A stretch of DNA of 64,000 bases from a virus, in the IMG/VR virus record IMGVR_UViG_3300032282_002017, positions 2,531 through 66,530 of that record. One strand, 5' to 3'. Each line of letters begins with the position of its first letter. Within the stretch, counting starts at the first letter, position 1. This document shows, one piece after another, positions 53,059 through 61,961 of this stretch. The notes below the pieces were generated by a model, which had not been told where the DNA came from, searched no databases, and saw only the letters and a program-made list of their open reading frames with translations. A program made the translations under genes and the position numbers.

Positions 53059-53397
53059 ATGAAAAACTTTCCAGTAGTCGAAGAAACCGAAGAAACGGTT
53101 GTAGCTCCTAAAGCAGCGGGCGGCATTATGATCCCAATTCCTGATGGATTTGAAATTCCACAGGGCAAGAAGGACGGCGATGAAATCGAGATTCTGGCCA
53201 AGGTGAAGAAAGTTGGCGGACAACTTGAAGTCTGCGAACTCAACGGTATCAAAGTTTCCGACGCTGAAGAAGAAGCCGCCGAAGAAGAAGTTGATGCGGA
53301 TGAAGCCGCCGACAAAGAATCTAAGGCTATGGCCGAAGAGGATGGGGAGGAACAATTTGCCTCCGAACTTTCAAGTGCAATCCGCCAAATGCGATAA
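53059..53397 (+). CDS. Acidic hypothetical protein
   Basis: ORF directly after the capsid gene. Confidence 0.6.
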   Translation: MKNFPVVEETEETVVAPKAAGGIMIPIPDGFEIPQGKKDGDEIEILAKVKKVGGQLEVCELNGIKVSDAEEEAAEEEVDADEAADKESKAMAEEDGEEQFASELSSAIRQMR

Positions 53398-53400
53398 TTT

Positions 53401-53532
53401 ATGAATGGCCCTTATGCATCCTCTGACAAAGTAGCCATCGCGGTTGCCGCTTTAGGCACAACCGTTATTGGTAGCGATGACACCATTCTTTTGCAACAAG
53501 CCGTGGTTCTAGCGGCTAACCTCATGGACTAA
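53401..53532 (+). CDS. 43-aa protein paralogous to the fibre N-terminus
   Basis: MNGPYASSDKVAIAVAALGTTVIGSDDTILLQQAVVLAANLMD (hand-translated). Confidence 0.65.
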   Translation: MNGPYASSDKVAIAVAALGTTVIGSDDTILLQQAVVLAANLMD

Positions 53533-53533
53533 T

Positions 53534-55090
53534 ATGCCCGCCTACGCCTCATCTGCTAAAATCGCCTCTGCCGAAGCCAAGTTGGGTGGGCCTATCGCGC
53601 TGGATTCGTCCATCCTTCTACGCCAGCTTGTTGTGGCGCTTGGGAATGTTACAGGTGGTGGTGGTGGCGGGGGTTCTGGCACCGTTACTAGCGTTTCGGT
53701 AACTACGCAAAACGGCGTTTCAGCCACGGTTACAAACCCTACTACGACGCCAACGCTAGCTTTCACCCTTGGTGCTATTACGCCAACAACGGTTCAGCTT
53801 TCTGGTTCGGTAAGTGGCACAACTTTATTGCAATCCCCGCCTATTGCTGGCAGCGCGGTAATTACCTTCCCTTCCGTTACTGGCACACTTGCCATTATTG
53901 GCAACCCTCTTTCTCAGTTTGCCGCAACCACTTCCGCTCAACTTGCAGGTGTTATTTCCGATGAGACGGGCAGCGGATCGCTTGTTTTTGCAACCTCCCC
54001 AACACTTGTCACGCCCGTCCTTGGCACCCCGACAAGCGGCACATTGAGCAATTGCACTGGATTGCCAATTTCCACTGGCGTTAGCGGGCTTGGAACAGGC
54101 GTTGCAACAACCCTTGCTACCAATCTTTCCATCACAGGCGGAGGCACGATTGCTCTTGGCGGATTCACCCTAACCATCCCAGCCACAGGCACGGCTGCGC
54201 TTTTGGGAACGGCGAATGTGTTCACGGCTGCGCAGACGATCTCCGTGGCGGGTGTCAACTCCACACCACCGCTTTACCTCACGGGCGCACTCAACGTCGC
54301 AGGTTCAGGCACGACGACCTTCCCACACATCTTCCACCAACCCACGGGCGCAACAGCAGCCACCACATGGAGCAGTGGAGCGTCCGCTGGCACGGTGTTC
54401 GGAGCAAATGAAGCAACGGGGTTTACTGGCAATTTCTTTGACGGCAAGGTGGCTGGCGTCACCACATGCAAAATCGTCGGCTCCACGGGAGCGATGAGCG
54501 TTTACACTTACAACGCTATCAACTGGGCGGTCTATGATAGCGTAGGTGGCACGCTTCGCTCTTATGAGCAAGGCGGGCGCTGGTATGGATCGGACGGGTT
54601 TACATCTGGCGGTGGCAGCGCCGGATTTGGCTTGCTGACCACATACAGCGGCCTTCGATTAGCCAACGGCTATTGGATCGGCTGGTCGGCAGACACGACC
54701 TTTTACGGCACCAACGATTTAATCCTTGGCCGTAAGGCTGCCGCGACCCTCCAACTTGGCGCGGACGCAGCAGGCGTCACCAACCAGATGTTCACGGCTG
54801 CCTCGCGAATCACAAGCAACGGCGCTGGAGCAAACCTAACAATCGCCCCCGGTAACTGTCGAGGGACTACGGGCGAAGGTGGCGTTGGTGGTACTCTCAT
54901 TCTCTCCACCTATGCCGCTTCCGGTAGTTCCAACACTATTGGCACCCTCACTTCCCGCATGACCATTGATACCGCTGGCGCTCTGGCATTCCCAAACATT
55001 ACCGCCGTTGTCACTGAAACCGTTGTTAGTGACCGCACGCTTGCCGTTTCCATCAATGGCACCGCTTATAAAATCTGCCTGAAAGCCTAA
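53534..55090 (+). CDS. Fibre protein (head or tail fibre)
   Basis: G/T/S-rich; GTVTSVSV and SDETGSGSLVFATSPTLVTPVLGTP segments; C-terminal INGTAYKI. Confidence 0.75.
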   Translation: MPAYASSAKIASAEAKLGGPIALDSSILLRQLVVALGNVTGGGGGGGSGTVTSVSVTTQNGVSATVTNPTTTPTLAFTLGAITPTTVQLSGSVSGTTLLQSPPIAGSAVITFPSVTGTLAIIGNPLSQFAATTSAQLAGVISDETGSGSLVFATSPTLVTPVLGTPTSGTLSNCTGLPISTGVSGLGTGVATTLATNLSITGGGTIALGGFTLTIPATGTAALLGTANVFTAAQTISVAGVNSTPPLYLTGALNVAGSGTTTFPHIFHQPTGATAATTWSSGASAGTVFGANEATGFTGNFFDGKVAGVTTCKIVGSTGAMSVYTYNAINWAVYDSVGGTLRSYEQGGRWYGSDGFTSGGGSAGFGLLTTYSGLRLANGYWIGWSADTTFYGTNDLILGRKAAATLQLGADAAGVTNQMFTAASRITSNGAGANLTIAPGNCRGTTGEGGVGGTLILSTYAASGSSNTIGTLTSRMTIDTAGALAFPNITAVVTETVVSDRTLAVSINGTAYKICLKA

Positions 55091-55094
55091 TCCT

Positions 55095-55358
55095 ATGACT
55101 ATCCAAGTAACCCTCCCCGACGACTCCATTGAAGCATGGAACTATGCGCTAGGAAACTACAACGCAGCCTCCCCAACTAAGCTAACGCTGCCACAATACG
55201 TCAATGACATCATTGTTGGTGCGCAGACTAATGCCAATGCAAGCGCCTATGCCACCTACCAGTTGACGCAGCTTGTTCCTCTTGGGGAGCAATACAATGC
55301 TGCTCCTGAAGCCGTGCAGAAACAGGTTGACGCCCTGCTTGCACCGTTTAACACTTAA
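55095..55358 (+). CDS. Putative fibre-associated/chaperone protein
   Basis: Directly follows the fibre gene. Confidence 0.5.
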   Translation: MTIQVTLPDDSIEAWNYALGNYNAASPTKLTLPQYVNDIIVGAQTNANASAYATYQLTQLVPLGEQYNAAPEAVQKQVDALLAPFNT

Positions 55359-55386
55359 CGTCAATTCAACCCAAAACGACATCACC

Positions 55387-55782
55387 ATGCTCAACCTGCT
55401 AACCATCTGCCAACAGTCCGCCGACGGCAAAACGCCATTTATCGACGCTTTTAACCGCGCCCTATCTACACCATCTACACCTGCTAAAACGGGTTACTGG
55501 CTTGGAAGAATACTCAAGAAGTGCGTTGATGAAGTAAAGGAATTTAGCGAGGCGAAGAATAAGTTGGTTATCGCTCACGGTGCTCCAGTGGAAGGCCAAG
55601 AAGGTCAATACGCCGTTCCTGCCGAAAAACTAGAAGAGTTCTACAATGAATTATCCAGCCTTGACCACGAAGTTGATTTTGGACTACCCGCTGAATTAAA
55701 GCTGCCACTTCCAGCCAACTTCACCCCTGCCGATTGGATGCCGCTCATGACGTCACTAGATATTTTCGAGGAACCTAAGTAA
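55387..55782 (+). CDS. Hypothetical protein (fibre-chaperone-like)
   Basis: AAAACGAC leader; helical acidic protein after the fibre genes. Confidence 0.55.
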   Translation: MLNLLTICQQSADGKTPFIDAFNRALSTPSTPAKTGYWLGRILKKCVDEVKEFSEAKNKLVIAHGAPVEGQEGQYAVPAEKLEEFYNELSSLDHEVDFGLPAELKLPLPANFTPADWMPLMTSLDIFEEPK

Positions 55783-56384
55783 TGTCAATCGCCATCGCCT
55801 ACCCTCTATCTATCCGTGAAAGTCACATCAACGATTGCGCGTCAACTTTAGAGGCTTCTCCCGAAAATTGGAGCGTGGGTGATATTGTCACAGTTGGCGG
55901 TATCTTATCAGGCATTTTTCTATGGTTGTGGAAGAAGCCGATTAAGCTACTTTTGGACATAATGAAAGGGCCGGGGCGCATAGAACTAATCTTGAAGAAG
56001 CTAGAGGTAATCGAAGCTGGGGTTAGCCTTGCCGCATCCTTATCTCGCGTTACTTGGAAGTTACTTGATAAACCCGTGTGGCAATCGGACGCAACAGGGA
56101 TGTGCGTATTCTGCAATCCTTGTATGCTCTCTATCCTTGGTAGGCAAGAGGACGAACTTCTTGGCAACGGTTGGCGCTCTATTATCCATGAAGATGACCG
56201 TGATAGGGTTCAGCACGAATGGGACTCGGCAATCAAGGATGACCGCGATTTTAACTTGAGTTATCGCTGGACGCACGCTAACGGAACATCTATTCCAATC
56301 ACTGCTCATGCCTCTAAACTCACTGATAATGAAGGGAATCGCCTTGGTTACGTAGGCTTTGTAACGGTGCTCAAGAAGCATTGA
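55782..56384 (+). CDS. Membrane-anchored PAS-domain protein (holin-like position)
   Basis: One TM (IVTVGGILSGIFLWLW), then PAS motifs D..G.C.F.N..LG...ELLG.GW..IIH.DDR. Confidence 0.8.
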   Translation: MSIAIAYPLSIRESHINDCASTLEASPENWSVGDIVTVGGILSGIFLWLWKKPIKLLLDIMKGPGRIELILKKLEVIEAGVSLAASLSRVTWKLLDKPVWQSDATGMCVFCNPCMLSILGRQEDELLGNGWRSIIHEDDRDRVQHEWDSAIKDDRDFNLSYRWTHANGTSIPITAHASKLTDNEGNRLGYVGFVTVLKKH

Positions 56385-56467
56385 CTTGCGTAAAGTTGAG
56401 GATTGGTATAGGTTTTCTCAGGGCGATAACAACTCACGCTCTGATTGGACACTAAATAAACGATCCT

Positions 56468-57469
56468 ATGTCAAAACCAAGCGAGGCAAATCTGATAGCT
56501 CGACAAGCACTTGAGCAAACCCCCGACATTCCAACCCGCACACTTGCTCGCATTCTTTTTGAGAATGATCCCAAGATGTTTAAGTCGGTGGATAATGCGC
56601 GTAAAACCATTCAATATCTTCGTGGGCAGAATGGAACGCACTGCAAAAAGTTTGCGGCTAAAACATCGCCTAATTTGATTAAGAGCGCGGGATGGCAACT
56701 AAACGAAATGCCAGTCAGCATCAGTCGCCCAACAAAGGCACTTCAGGTCAACGGCGAAAACCGTGTTCTCATCATGTCGGACATGCACATTCCGTATCAC
56801 GATAAGAACTCTATTGAAGCTGCCGTGAAGTTTGGCCGCGCATTCAAGCCTAATATCATTCATCTCAATGGTGACATTGCCGATTTCTACGCTATCAGCC
56901 GCCATGATAAAGACCCTCGCCGCGAGATGGTTCAAGAACTTGATGCCGTGCGTCAATTTCTTTACTGGTTGCGAAAGTGCTTTCCGAAAGCTCAAATCCT
57001 CTACAAAATTGGCAACCATGAGGATCGCATGGAGCGCTTCTTGGTCAAAAATGCACCTGTGTTTCTTGGCGTTCCTGACTTTGAAGTGGCTGAAATCCTC
57101 AAGTTCCGCGACATGGGAATTGAGCTAGTCAAATCGCTACAACTTGTTCGCTTTGGCAAGCTGCCCGTGTATCACGGCCATGAGCTTCCACAAGGAATGA
57201 GTTCTCCCGTCAATCCTGCTCGCGGTCTTTGGATGCGTGTTCAAGAAACATGCGTTGCTGGACATTGGCACCGCGTATCAGAGCACACAGAAAAAACGGG
57301 CATTAGCGACAAGATTTCAAGCTGTTGGAGCCTTGGCTGCTTGTGCGACATGAAACCCGACTACGCCTCCGTTAATCGTTGGAGCGCTGGATTTGCCACC
57401 GTTGAGACGGATAAAAGCGGGGAATTTGAGTTCCATAACAAGAAGATCATTCAAGGGAGGGTGTTCTAA
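56468..57469 (+). CDS. Calcineurin-like metallophosphoesterase
   Basis: SDMH, GDIAD, GNHE, HGH, GHWH. Confidence 0.9.
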   Translation: MSKPSEANLIARQALEQTPDIPTRTLARILFENDPKMFKSVDNARKTIQYLRGQNGTHCKKFAAKTSPNLIKSAGWQLNEMPVSISRPTKALQVNGENRVLIMSDMHIPYHDKNSIEAAVKFGRAFKPNIIHLNGDIADFYAISRHDKDPRREMVQELDAVRQFLYWLRKCFPKAQILYKIGNHEDRMERFLVKNAPVFLGVPDFEVAEILKFRDMGIELVKSLQLVRFGKLPVYHGHELPQGMSSPVNPARGLWMRVQETCVAGHWHRVSEHTEKTGISDKISSCWSLGCLCDMKPDYASVNRWSAGFATVETDKSGEFEFHNKKIIQGRVF

Positions 57470-58245
57470 TGAAGCCCAAAATGATCTACATCGCTGGCCC
57501 AATGACGGGCTACAAAGACTTCAACTTTGCCGCTTTTGACAAGGCTCGAAACAAACTCAACGACGAAGGTTGGACGGTAATCTCTCCCGCTGATATTGAC
57601 CGTGAGAACGGCTTTGACGCACTCAAGGGCGATAGTCCAGAGCTTGTGACCAAGGAGTTCATGCGGAAGGCAATGCGGGCTGATTTGGACGCTTTACAGA
57701 AGGTAGATGCTATTTACATGCTTACAGGGTGGGAGGACTCAAAGGGAGCTTCCGCTGAATACCATGTGGCAAAGTGGAGAGGAATTGAAGTCTTGCACGA
57801 AGATGGGTCTAAAATATCTTTAGACGATTTGTTGAAACAAAGAAGGCGGATGCCAGTAAAACCAAATGAGATTAAGGTTGAGACATACAAATCTAATCTT
57901 GTGGATATTGCGATGCAATTACACGCCGTCACCAATCCAACAGACCCCAAAGGCGAAGCTGGCAGCAAGAAAGCCCCAATGTGGCTACTACCGCCGTTTT
58001 CGCTTGAGCAGCAAGCGTGGGCGCATAAGGAGGGCCAAGAAAAATATCAAGCCTATAATTGGAGGTCAACAAAAGTTTGCGCTTCAACCTACATTTCTGC
58101 AATCCTTCGTCATTGGGGCAAGTTCCTCAACGGCCAAAACCTTGATGAGCATTCCGGCGCTCATCACCTTGGGCATATTGCGGCCAACTGTAATATCCTG
58201 ATGGATGCGCAAGAGCGCGGGTGCTTAATTGACGATAGGCCATGA
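57469..58245 (+). CDS. DUF4406 (deoxyribosyltransferase-like) fused to DUF5664 (dATP/dGTP diphosphohydrolase-like)
   Basis: IYIAGPMTG..NF.AF..SPA..DAIYML.GWE.S.GA..E; then DPK...G..K.P..LLP, KY..YNW, RH, SG.HHL.H..AN. Confidence 0.8.
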   Translation: MKPKMIYIAGPMTGYKDFNFAAFDKARNKLNDEGWTVISPADIDRENGFDALKGDSPELVTKEFMRKAMRADLDALQKVDAIYMLTGWEDSKGASAEYHVAKWRGIEVLHEDGSKISLDDLLKQRRRMPVKPNEIKVETYKSNLVDIAMQLHAVTNPTDPKGEAGSKKAPMWLLPPFSLEQQAWAHKEGQEKYQAYNWRSTKVCASTYISAILRHWGKFLNGQNLDEHSGAHHLGHIAANCNILMDAQERGCLIDDRP

Positions 58246-58508
58246 AGCCGCCCAAATCTATCACCATTCTACGCCGCAAGCTCGGCAAGCATCGTGCTCA
58301 TGGATTGGCGCACGAACATGGACTGATTGAGATTGACGAGCGTTTAACAGGTCTAGCAAAGCTTCAAATCCTCATTCACGAATGGCTACACGTCTTTGAA
58401 TGGATTCTACCCGAAGAAGTCGTAGATAAAATGAGCCGTAAACTTGCCCTGTTTCTTCACAAAAATGGGGCTAGACTTGTGGAAAAAGGGGATACATTGC
58501 TTCCATGA
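58242..58508 (+). CDS. Small zincin-like metallopeptidase
   Basis: G.A...IEID.RL..ILIHEWLH..E..V. Confidence 0.7.
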   Translation: MKPPKSITILRRKLGKHRAHGLAHEHGLIEIDERLTGLAKLQILIHEWLHVFEWILPEEVVDKMSRKLALFLHKNGARLVEKGDTLLP

Positions 58509-59161
58509 AGCGCACGGCATACATCGCAATTAACGGCATCCTGACTAACCCCGGTGATTCTGAAGGCTGGACTGACCGTTTCGTTACTTGGGTTAATACA
58601 CGGTTGCCAGATGGCGTTGTAGCTGAAAAGTTTGAGTATTTCACGGACGCCTTGACGCGAATGCTCAAACAGCGCGAACGGGCTGATGCGATTGCTAAAA
58701 AGGTTGGCTACTACCGCCGTGCTGGTTATCGCGTGGTGCTTGTTTCTCATAGCAACGGTGGCGATTTAACCGCTCGCGTACTGAATGATGCAGGGGTTGA
58801 GATTGACTCAGCCCATCTATTTGCGCCCGCTACCGATGACGAACTAATTGCCCAAGCTATCCGAGAAGGGGCGGTTAAGCGCGTTCACATCTACGGCAGT
58901 CGTAATGACGGCGCTCTCAAGTTTGCGAAAGCTACTCGCCCGTTTATTGGCTGGCTTGGCTTTGGCTACGGCTCACTTGGTTTGCGTGGACGTGAACTTG
59001 CCGCACAGTTTCCAGCCGTGGTTAAAGACCATAGCAATGACGCCTACGGGCATAGCACATGGTTCCAACGTGGTGCCATTTTTGAGGAAACGATGAAGCT
59101 GATTGCTGCCAATGAGCGTGATGATCTTGACCCAAGCCAGCCGCCAACAACCCGCTTATGA
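58505..59161 (+). CDS. Alpha/beta hydrolase
   Basis: INGI, nucleophile elbow SHSNGG, D (NDGAL) and H (GHSTWF). Confidence 0.8.
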   Translation: MKRTAYIAINGILTNPGDSEGWTDRFVTWVNTRLPDGVVAEKFEYFTDALTRMLKQRERADAIAKKVGYYRRAGYRVVLVSHSNGGDLTARVLNDAGVEIDSAHLFAPATDDELIAQAIREGAVKRVHIYGSRNDGALKFAKATRPFIGWLGFGYGSLGLRGRELAAQFPAVVKDHSNDAYGHSTWFQRGAIFEETMKLIAANERDDLDPSQPPTTRL

Positions 59162-59409
59162 AACGCTTCCTTCTCCCGCTCATCATTGCCGCATTCAGCG
59201 CATTTCTTGCCCTATTTCACGTCTCCTGCGCACTTACGCCGGAACAAATGCAGAACGTACAGCTTAACGCGCTAAAAGACGCTCGCGCTGCTGGCATTGG
59301 ATACCTTCAGGCGGGTCAATCAGGCGCTATTTACGGCCTTACAGCGCAAATCTTGATGAACCACGCGCCATTGACAGCAGCTAAGAATCCACGGAAGATT
59401 ACTCCCTGA
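59158..59409 (+). CDS. Putative lipoprotein (spanin-like position)
   Basis: Basic N-terminus, hydrophobic stretch, Cys at VSC. Confidence 0.5.
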   Translation: MKRFLLPLIIAAFSAFLALFHVSCALTPEQMQNVQLNALKDARAAGIGYLQAGQSGAIYGLTAQILMNHAPLTAAKNPRKITP

Positions 59410-59516
59410 TGCCAATCGCATTCACCACCCTTGAGTTCGCCGGATTGCTGTTTACGGCAATGGCGCTTTTCGTATGGGGTATAATTATCGTATTCAGTAG
59501 CAACACAGATTTATGA
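59409..59516 (+). CDS. 35-aa membrane peptide
   Basis: MPIAFTTLEFAGLLFTAMALFVWGIIIVFSSNTDL; overlaps the endolysin start. Confidence 0.45.
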   Translation: MPIAFTTLEFAGLLFTAMALFVWGIIIVFSSNTDL

Positions 59517-60007
59517 ACCAACAAGAACGATTCAATAAATGGCTCAACTGGCTTTTCAAATGGGAAGGCACGGTTTATGAGGATGATCCTTCAGACAAAG
59601 GCGGTGAAACGAAATTTGGCGTAGATAAGCGCTCTCATCCCAATGAAGATATTCGCAATCTTACTCGCGATAGGGCGGCTGAAATCTATTGGAACGAGTA
59701 TTGGACAAAATGTAAAGCGCACCTGATGCCGTTTGGTGTTGGTGAGGTTGTTGCCAATATCGCAGTCAATGCGGGCCATTCTAGGGCGGCAAAGTGGCTA
59801 CAAGCCATTGTAGGCGTTGACCAAGATGGCTCCATTGGAAACAAGACGCTTGAGGCACTTGGGCGGTTCCAAGCTGATTTAGTCGCCACCTTGCTTTTGC
59901 AGCGTACGGAACAGCATTACCGCAGTATCGCTAAGGGCAGAATGGCGAAGTTTTTGCGCGGTTGGATAAATCGTAATGACGACCTGCGAAAGTTTATCCA
60001 TCCATGA
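59513..60007 (+). CDS. Endolysin, glycoside hydrolase family 108
   Basis: EG..DDPSDKGGETKFGV, IYW..YW, VNAG, DG.IG..T, FLRGWINR. Confidence 0.92.
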   Translation: MNQQERFNKWLNWLFKWEGTVYEDDPSDKGGETKFGVDKRSHPNEDIRNLTRDRAAEIYWNEYWTKCKAHLMPFGVGEVVANIAVNAGHSRAAKWLQAIVGVDQDGSIGNKTLEALGRFQADLVATLLLQRTEQHYRSIAKGRMAKFLRGWINRNDDLRKFIHP

Positions 60008-60198
60008 GCGATTGGGAGCGCATAGTCAACCACTTCGAGGCAACGGCCCGCTGTGTCCATAAAAACGCACCGAAAGTCAGCTACGAACCCGGTTGCCTTG
60101 TTGTTGAATGTGACGGCTGCAACTGCGCTCATCACGATGGCAACGGCTTACCCCTTACCCAAGTCCTAATCGAGTGGAAGAAGCGGTTTTACGCCTGA
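60004..60198 (+). CDS. Small Cys-rich protein
   Basis: ATGA-coupled to the endolysin. Confidence 0.4.
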   Translation: MSDWERIVNHFEATARCVHKNAPKVSYEPGCLVVECDGCNCAHHDGNGLPLTQVLIEWKKRFYA

Positions 60199-60425
60199 TT
60201 TGGAGGCTTTGGAATCTCGCACCAATGCGTAGGGATTATATCTGGATCATTGTCTTCAGCGTATGAGCCACTTTGAGTAATTTGCCAGTCGTCCACGATC
60301 CATTTAACGACGCACGAAGCCCAATGCCAATCAGTTTGGCTGAATCTTCCCCAATCAGTCCATGAGCCGATAAGAATTTCAGTTCCGTCTTTAGGCGCTG
60401 TGGATATGTCTTGCCAAGTATTCAT
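60189..60425 (-). CDS. DUF551-like protein
   Basis: WQDISTAPKDGTEIL..PTHW..P.PP. Confidence 0.75.
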   Translation of the reverse strand: MNTWQDISTAPKDGTEILIGSWTDWGRFSQTDWHWASCVVKWIVDDWQITQSGSYAEDNDPDIIPTHWCEIPKPPNQA

Positions 60426-60916
60426 AAATTTGTCATCTTGCAATCACCCGTCCATTCTCGCTGAATATGTACAGCGCCAAGGCTGAATCCAGTTTGCGGC
60501 CAAGGTTTAGGCGGTGTTGGCACGAACAAAATCTCCTTCATTCCAAAGCCAGCTTCTTGCATGTCGCGTTGACGGGCTTTCATAAAGAAGGCGTTTACAA
60601 GGCAGAGGAATACTACGTTGTCGGATAACTCCATTGAACGCTTGAGGAATTGGCGCGTTTGGCTCCACGGGCAATTTGTGATGATCCACTGATACTTTCC
60701 CAAGTCGGCCTTTAGGAAATCGGTTCCAACGTCAATCTCACAACAATCCACAGGACATTCAGACCACTTAAACATGGCGTTGCTAAAAGCATGTTTTCCT
60801 GCGCATGGCTCAAGCATTTTACCACTAGGCTTAAAATGATCCACAATTGCAACGGCAAGCTCTGGAGGCGTGTAAACGCGGTCATCGCCACCTTTGGGCG
60901 CTAATGGTCTGCTCAT
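60422..60916 (-). CDS. Small DNA adenine methyltransferase-like protein
   Basis: VYTPPELA, LEPCAG, DFL, IITNCPWS (NPPY-equivalent). Confidence 0.75.
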   Translation of the reverse strand: MSRPLAPKGGDDRVYTPPELAVAIVDHFKPSGKMLEPCAGKHAFSNAMFKWSECPVDCCEIDVGTDFLKADLGKYQWIITNCPWSQTRQFLKRSMELSDNVVFLCLVNAFFMKARQRDMQEAGFGMKEILFVPTPPKPWPQTGFSLGAVHIQREWTGDCKMTNL

Positions 60917-60919
60917 CTC

Positions 60920-61150
60920 TTATTTTTTTCCTTTCTTTTCCTGTTTCTCGCCAAAAATAAGCATTTGCTTACTTTGCACATAGACTGGTTTTGGCGCTTC
61001 GGGTTGTCTCTCTGGTAAAGGCTCAAGTCGAGTAGCGTTCCATGCGTGAAACTGGCTAGAATTGAGAACACTGGTGTTTGGCAAGCATAAGCAGTCTGAA
61101 TCGGCTAAAGAACGGCCAAAACGAGTCCAACATGTCTGACAAAGGTTCAT
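60920..61150 (-). CDS. Small hypothetical protein
   Basis: Part of a chain of coupled ORFs. Confidence 0.4.
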   Translation of the reverse strand: MNLCQTCWTRFGRSLADSDCLCLPNTSVLNSSQFHAWNATRLEPLPERQPEAPKPVYVQSKQMLIFGEKQEKKGKK

Positions 61151-61383
61151 TCGTCTAAAATTTGGTAGTACTGTGCAACTCGAAATTTACCATCTTCGTA
61201 AATCATTCTACGATCATAAGGGGCCAGTTCAAGCCAAAGCAGATTATCATCTGTATTTATCAAATCGGGCCGCAAATCGACACCCTTGAAAGTTACAAAG
61301 TGATTATCTTTAGTGGTTTTATTATGCAACAACCAACGCTCGTATTCAGCGACTTTCCATTCTGAATGAATAGATAGCTTCAT
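61147..61383 (-). CDS. Small hypothetical protein
   Basis: ATGA overlaps at both ends. Confidence 0.45.
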   Translation of the reverse strand: MKLSIHSEWKVAEYERWLLHNKTTKDNHFVTFKGVDLRPDLINTDDNLLWLELAPYDRRMIYEDGKFRVAQYYQILDE

Positions 61384-61586
61384 CCAGCAAATCCAAGCGG
61401 GTCTGTGCAACTATCACAATCGCAATCGTCAAAATCAAGGCAAGCGAGCGGAAGCAGGCTTGAGAGCATCGTGTTGTCATCTTTGAACCAAGTCACTTTG
61501 GCAAAGTCGTCATCTACGATAGCACATAACGTCATTGGTGGCCCACCTGATTTAAGTTCGCAGATTGATCCGATTTCGATAGTCAT
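61380..61586 (-). CDS. DUF2158/YodC-like protein
   Basis: IGSICELKSGGPPMT..VTWF. Confidence 0.75.
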   Translation of the reverse strand: MTIEIGSICELKSGGPPMTLCAIVDDDFAKVTWFKDDNTMLSSLLPLACLDFDDCDCDSCTDPLGFAG

Positions 61587-61775
61587 TTTGTTTGGGTGCT
61601 AAGGACAATAATCCAAAAGGTGACGGCAATAAAGCCAAAGCCGCAAATCATTTCTAGATTGCGTACCTCACTGATGAGTAGGTTGAGTTGTTCGGGTGTC
61701 ATTTTGTTTTACGTGCCCTAGCCCCAATATCTGCGAGTTCTTTGATGTTCATAGTGTCGTTTTGTGGAAGTAACT

Positions 61776-61961
61776 TTATGTTTCAACTTCATCTTTTGCA
61801 AGCCGTTCTTCAATCGGCTCGCGCTTTTTGTTGTGGTGCGTTCTGTTTCCTTCGCATCTTGGGCAACCGCCGTGATTACGACATCCAGACGCAGCCGCTT
61901 TAGCTCCACGATAAGGCTTACGGCGTTCTTTCTTGTGATGAATGGCTTTTTCTAGGCTCAT
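61776..61961 (-). CDS. Small basic Cys/His protein
   Basis: LEKAI..KERRKPYRGAKA..CRNHGGCP.C..NR. Confidence 0.6.
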   Translation of the reverse strand: MSLEKAIHHKKERRKPYRGAKAAASGCRNHGGCPRCEGNRTHHNKKREPIEERLAKDEVET

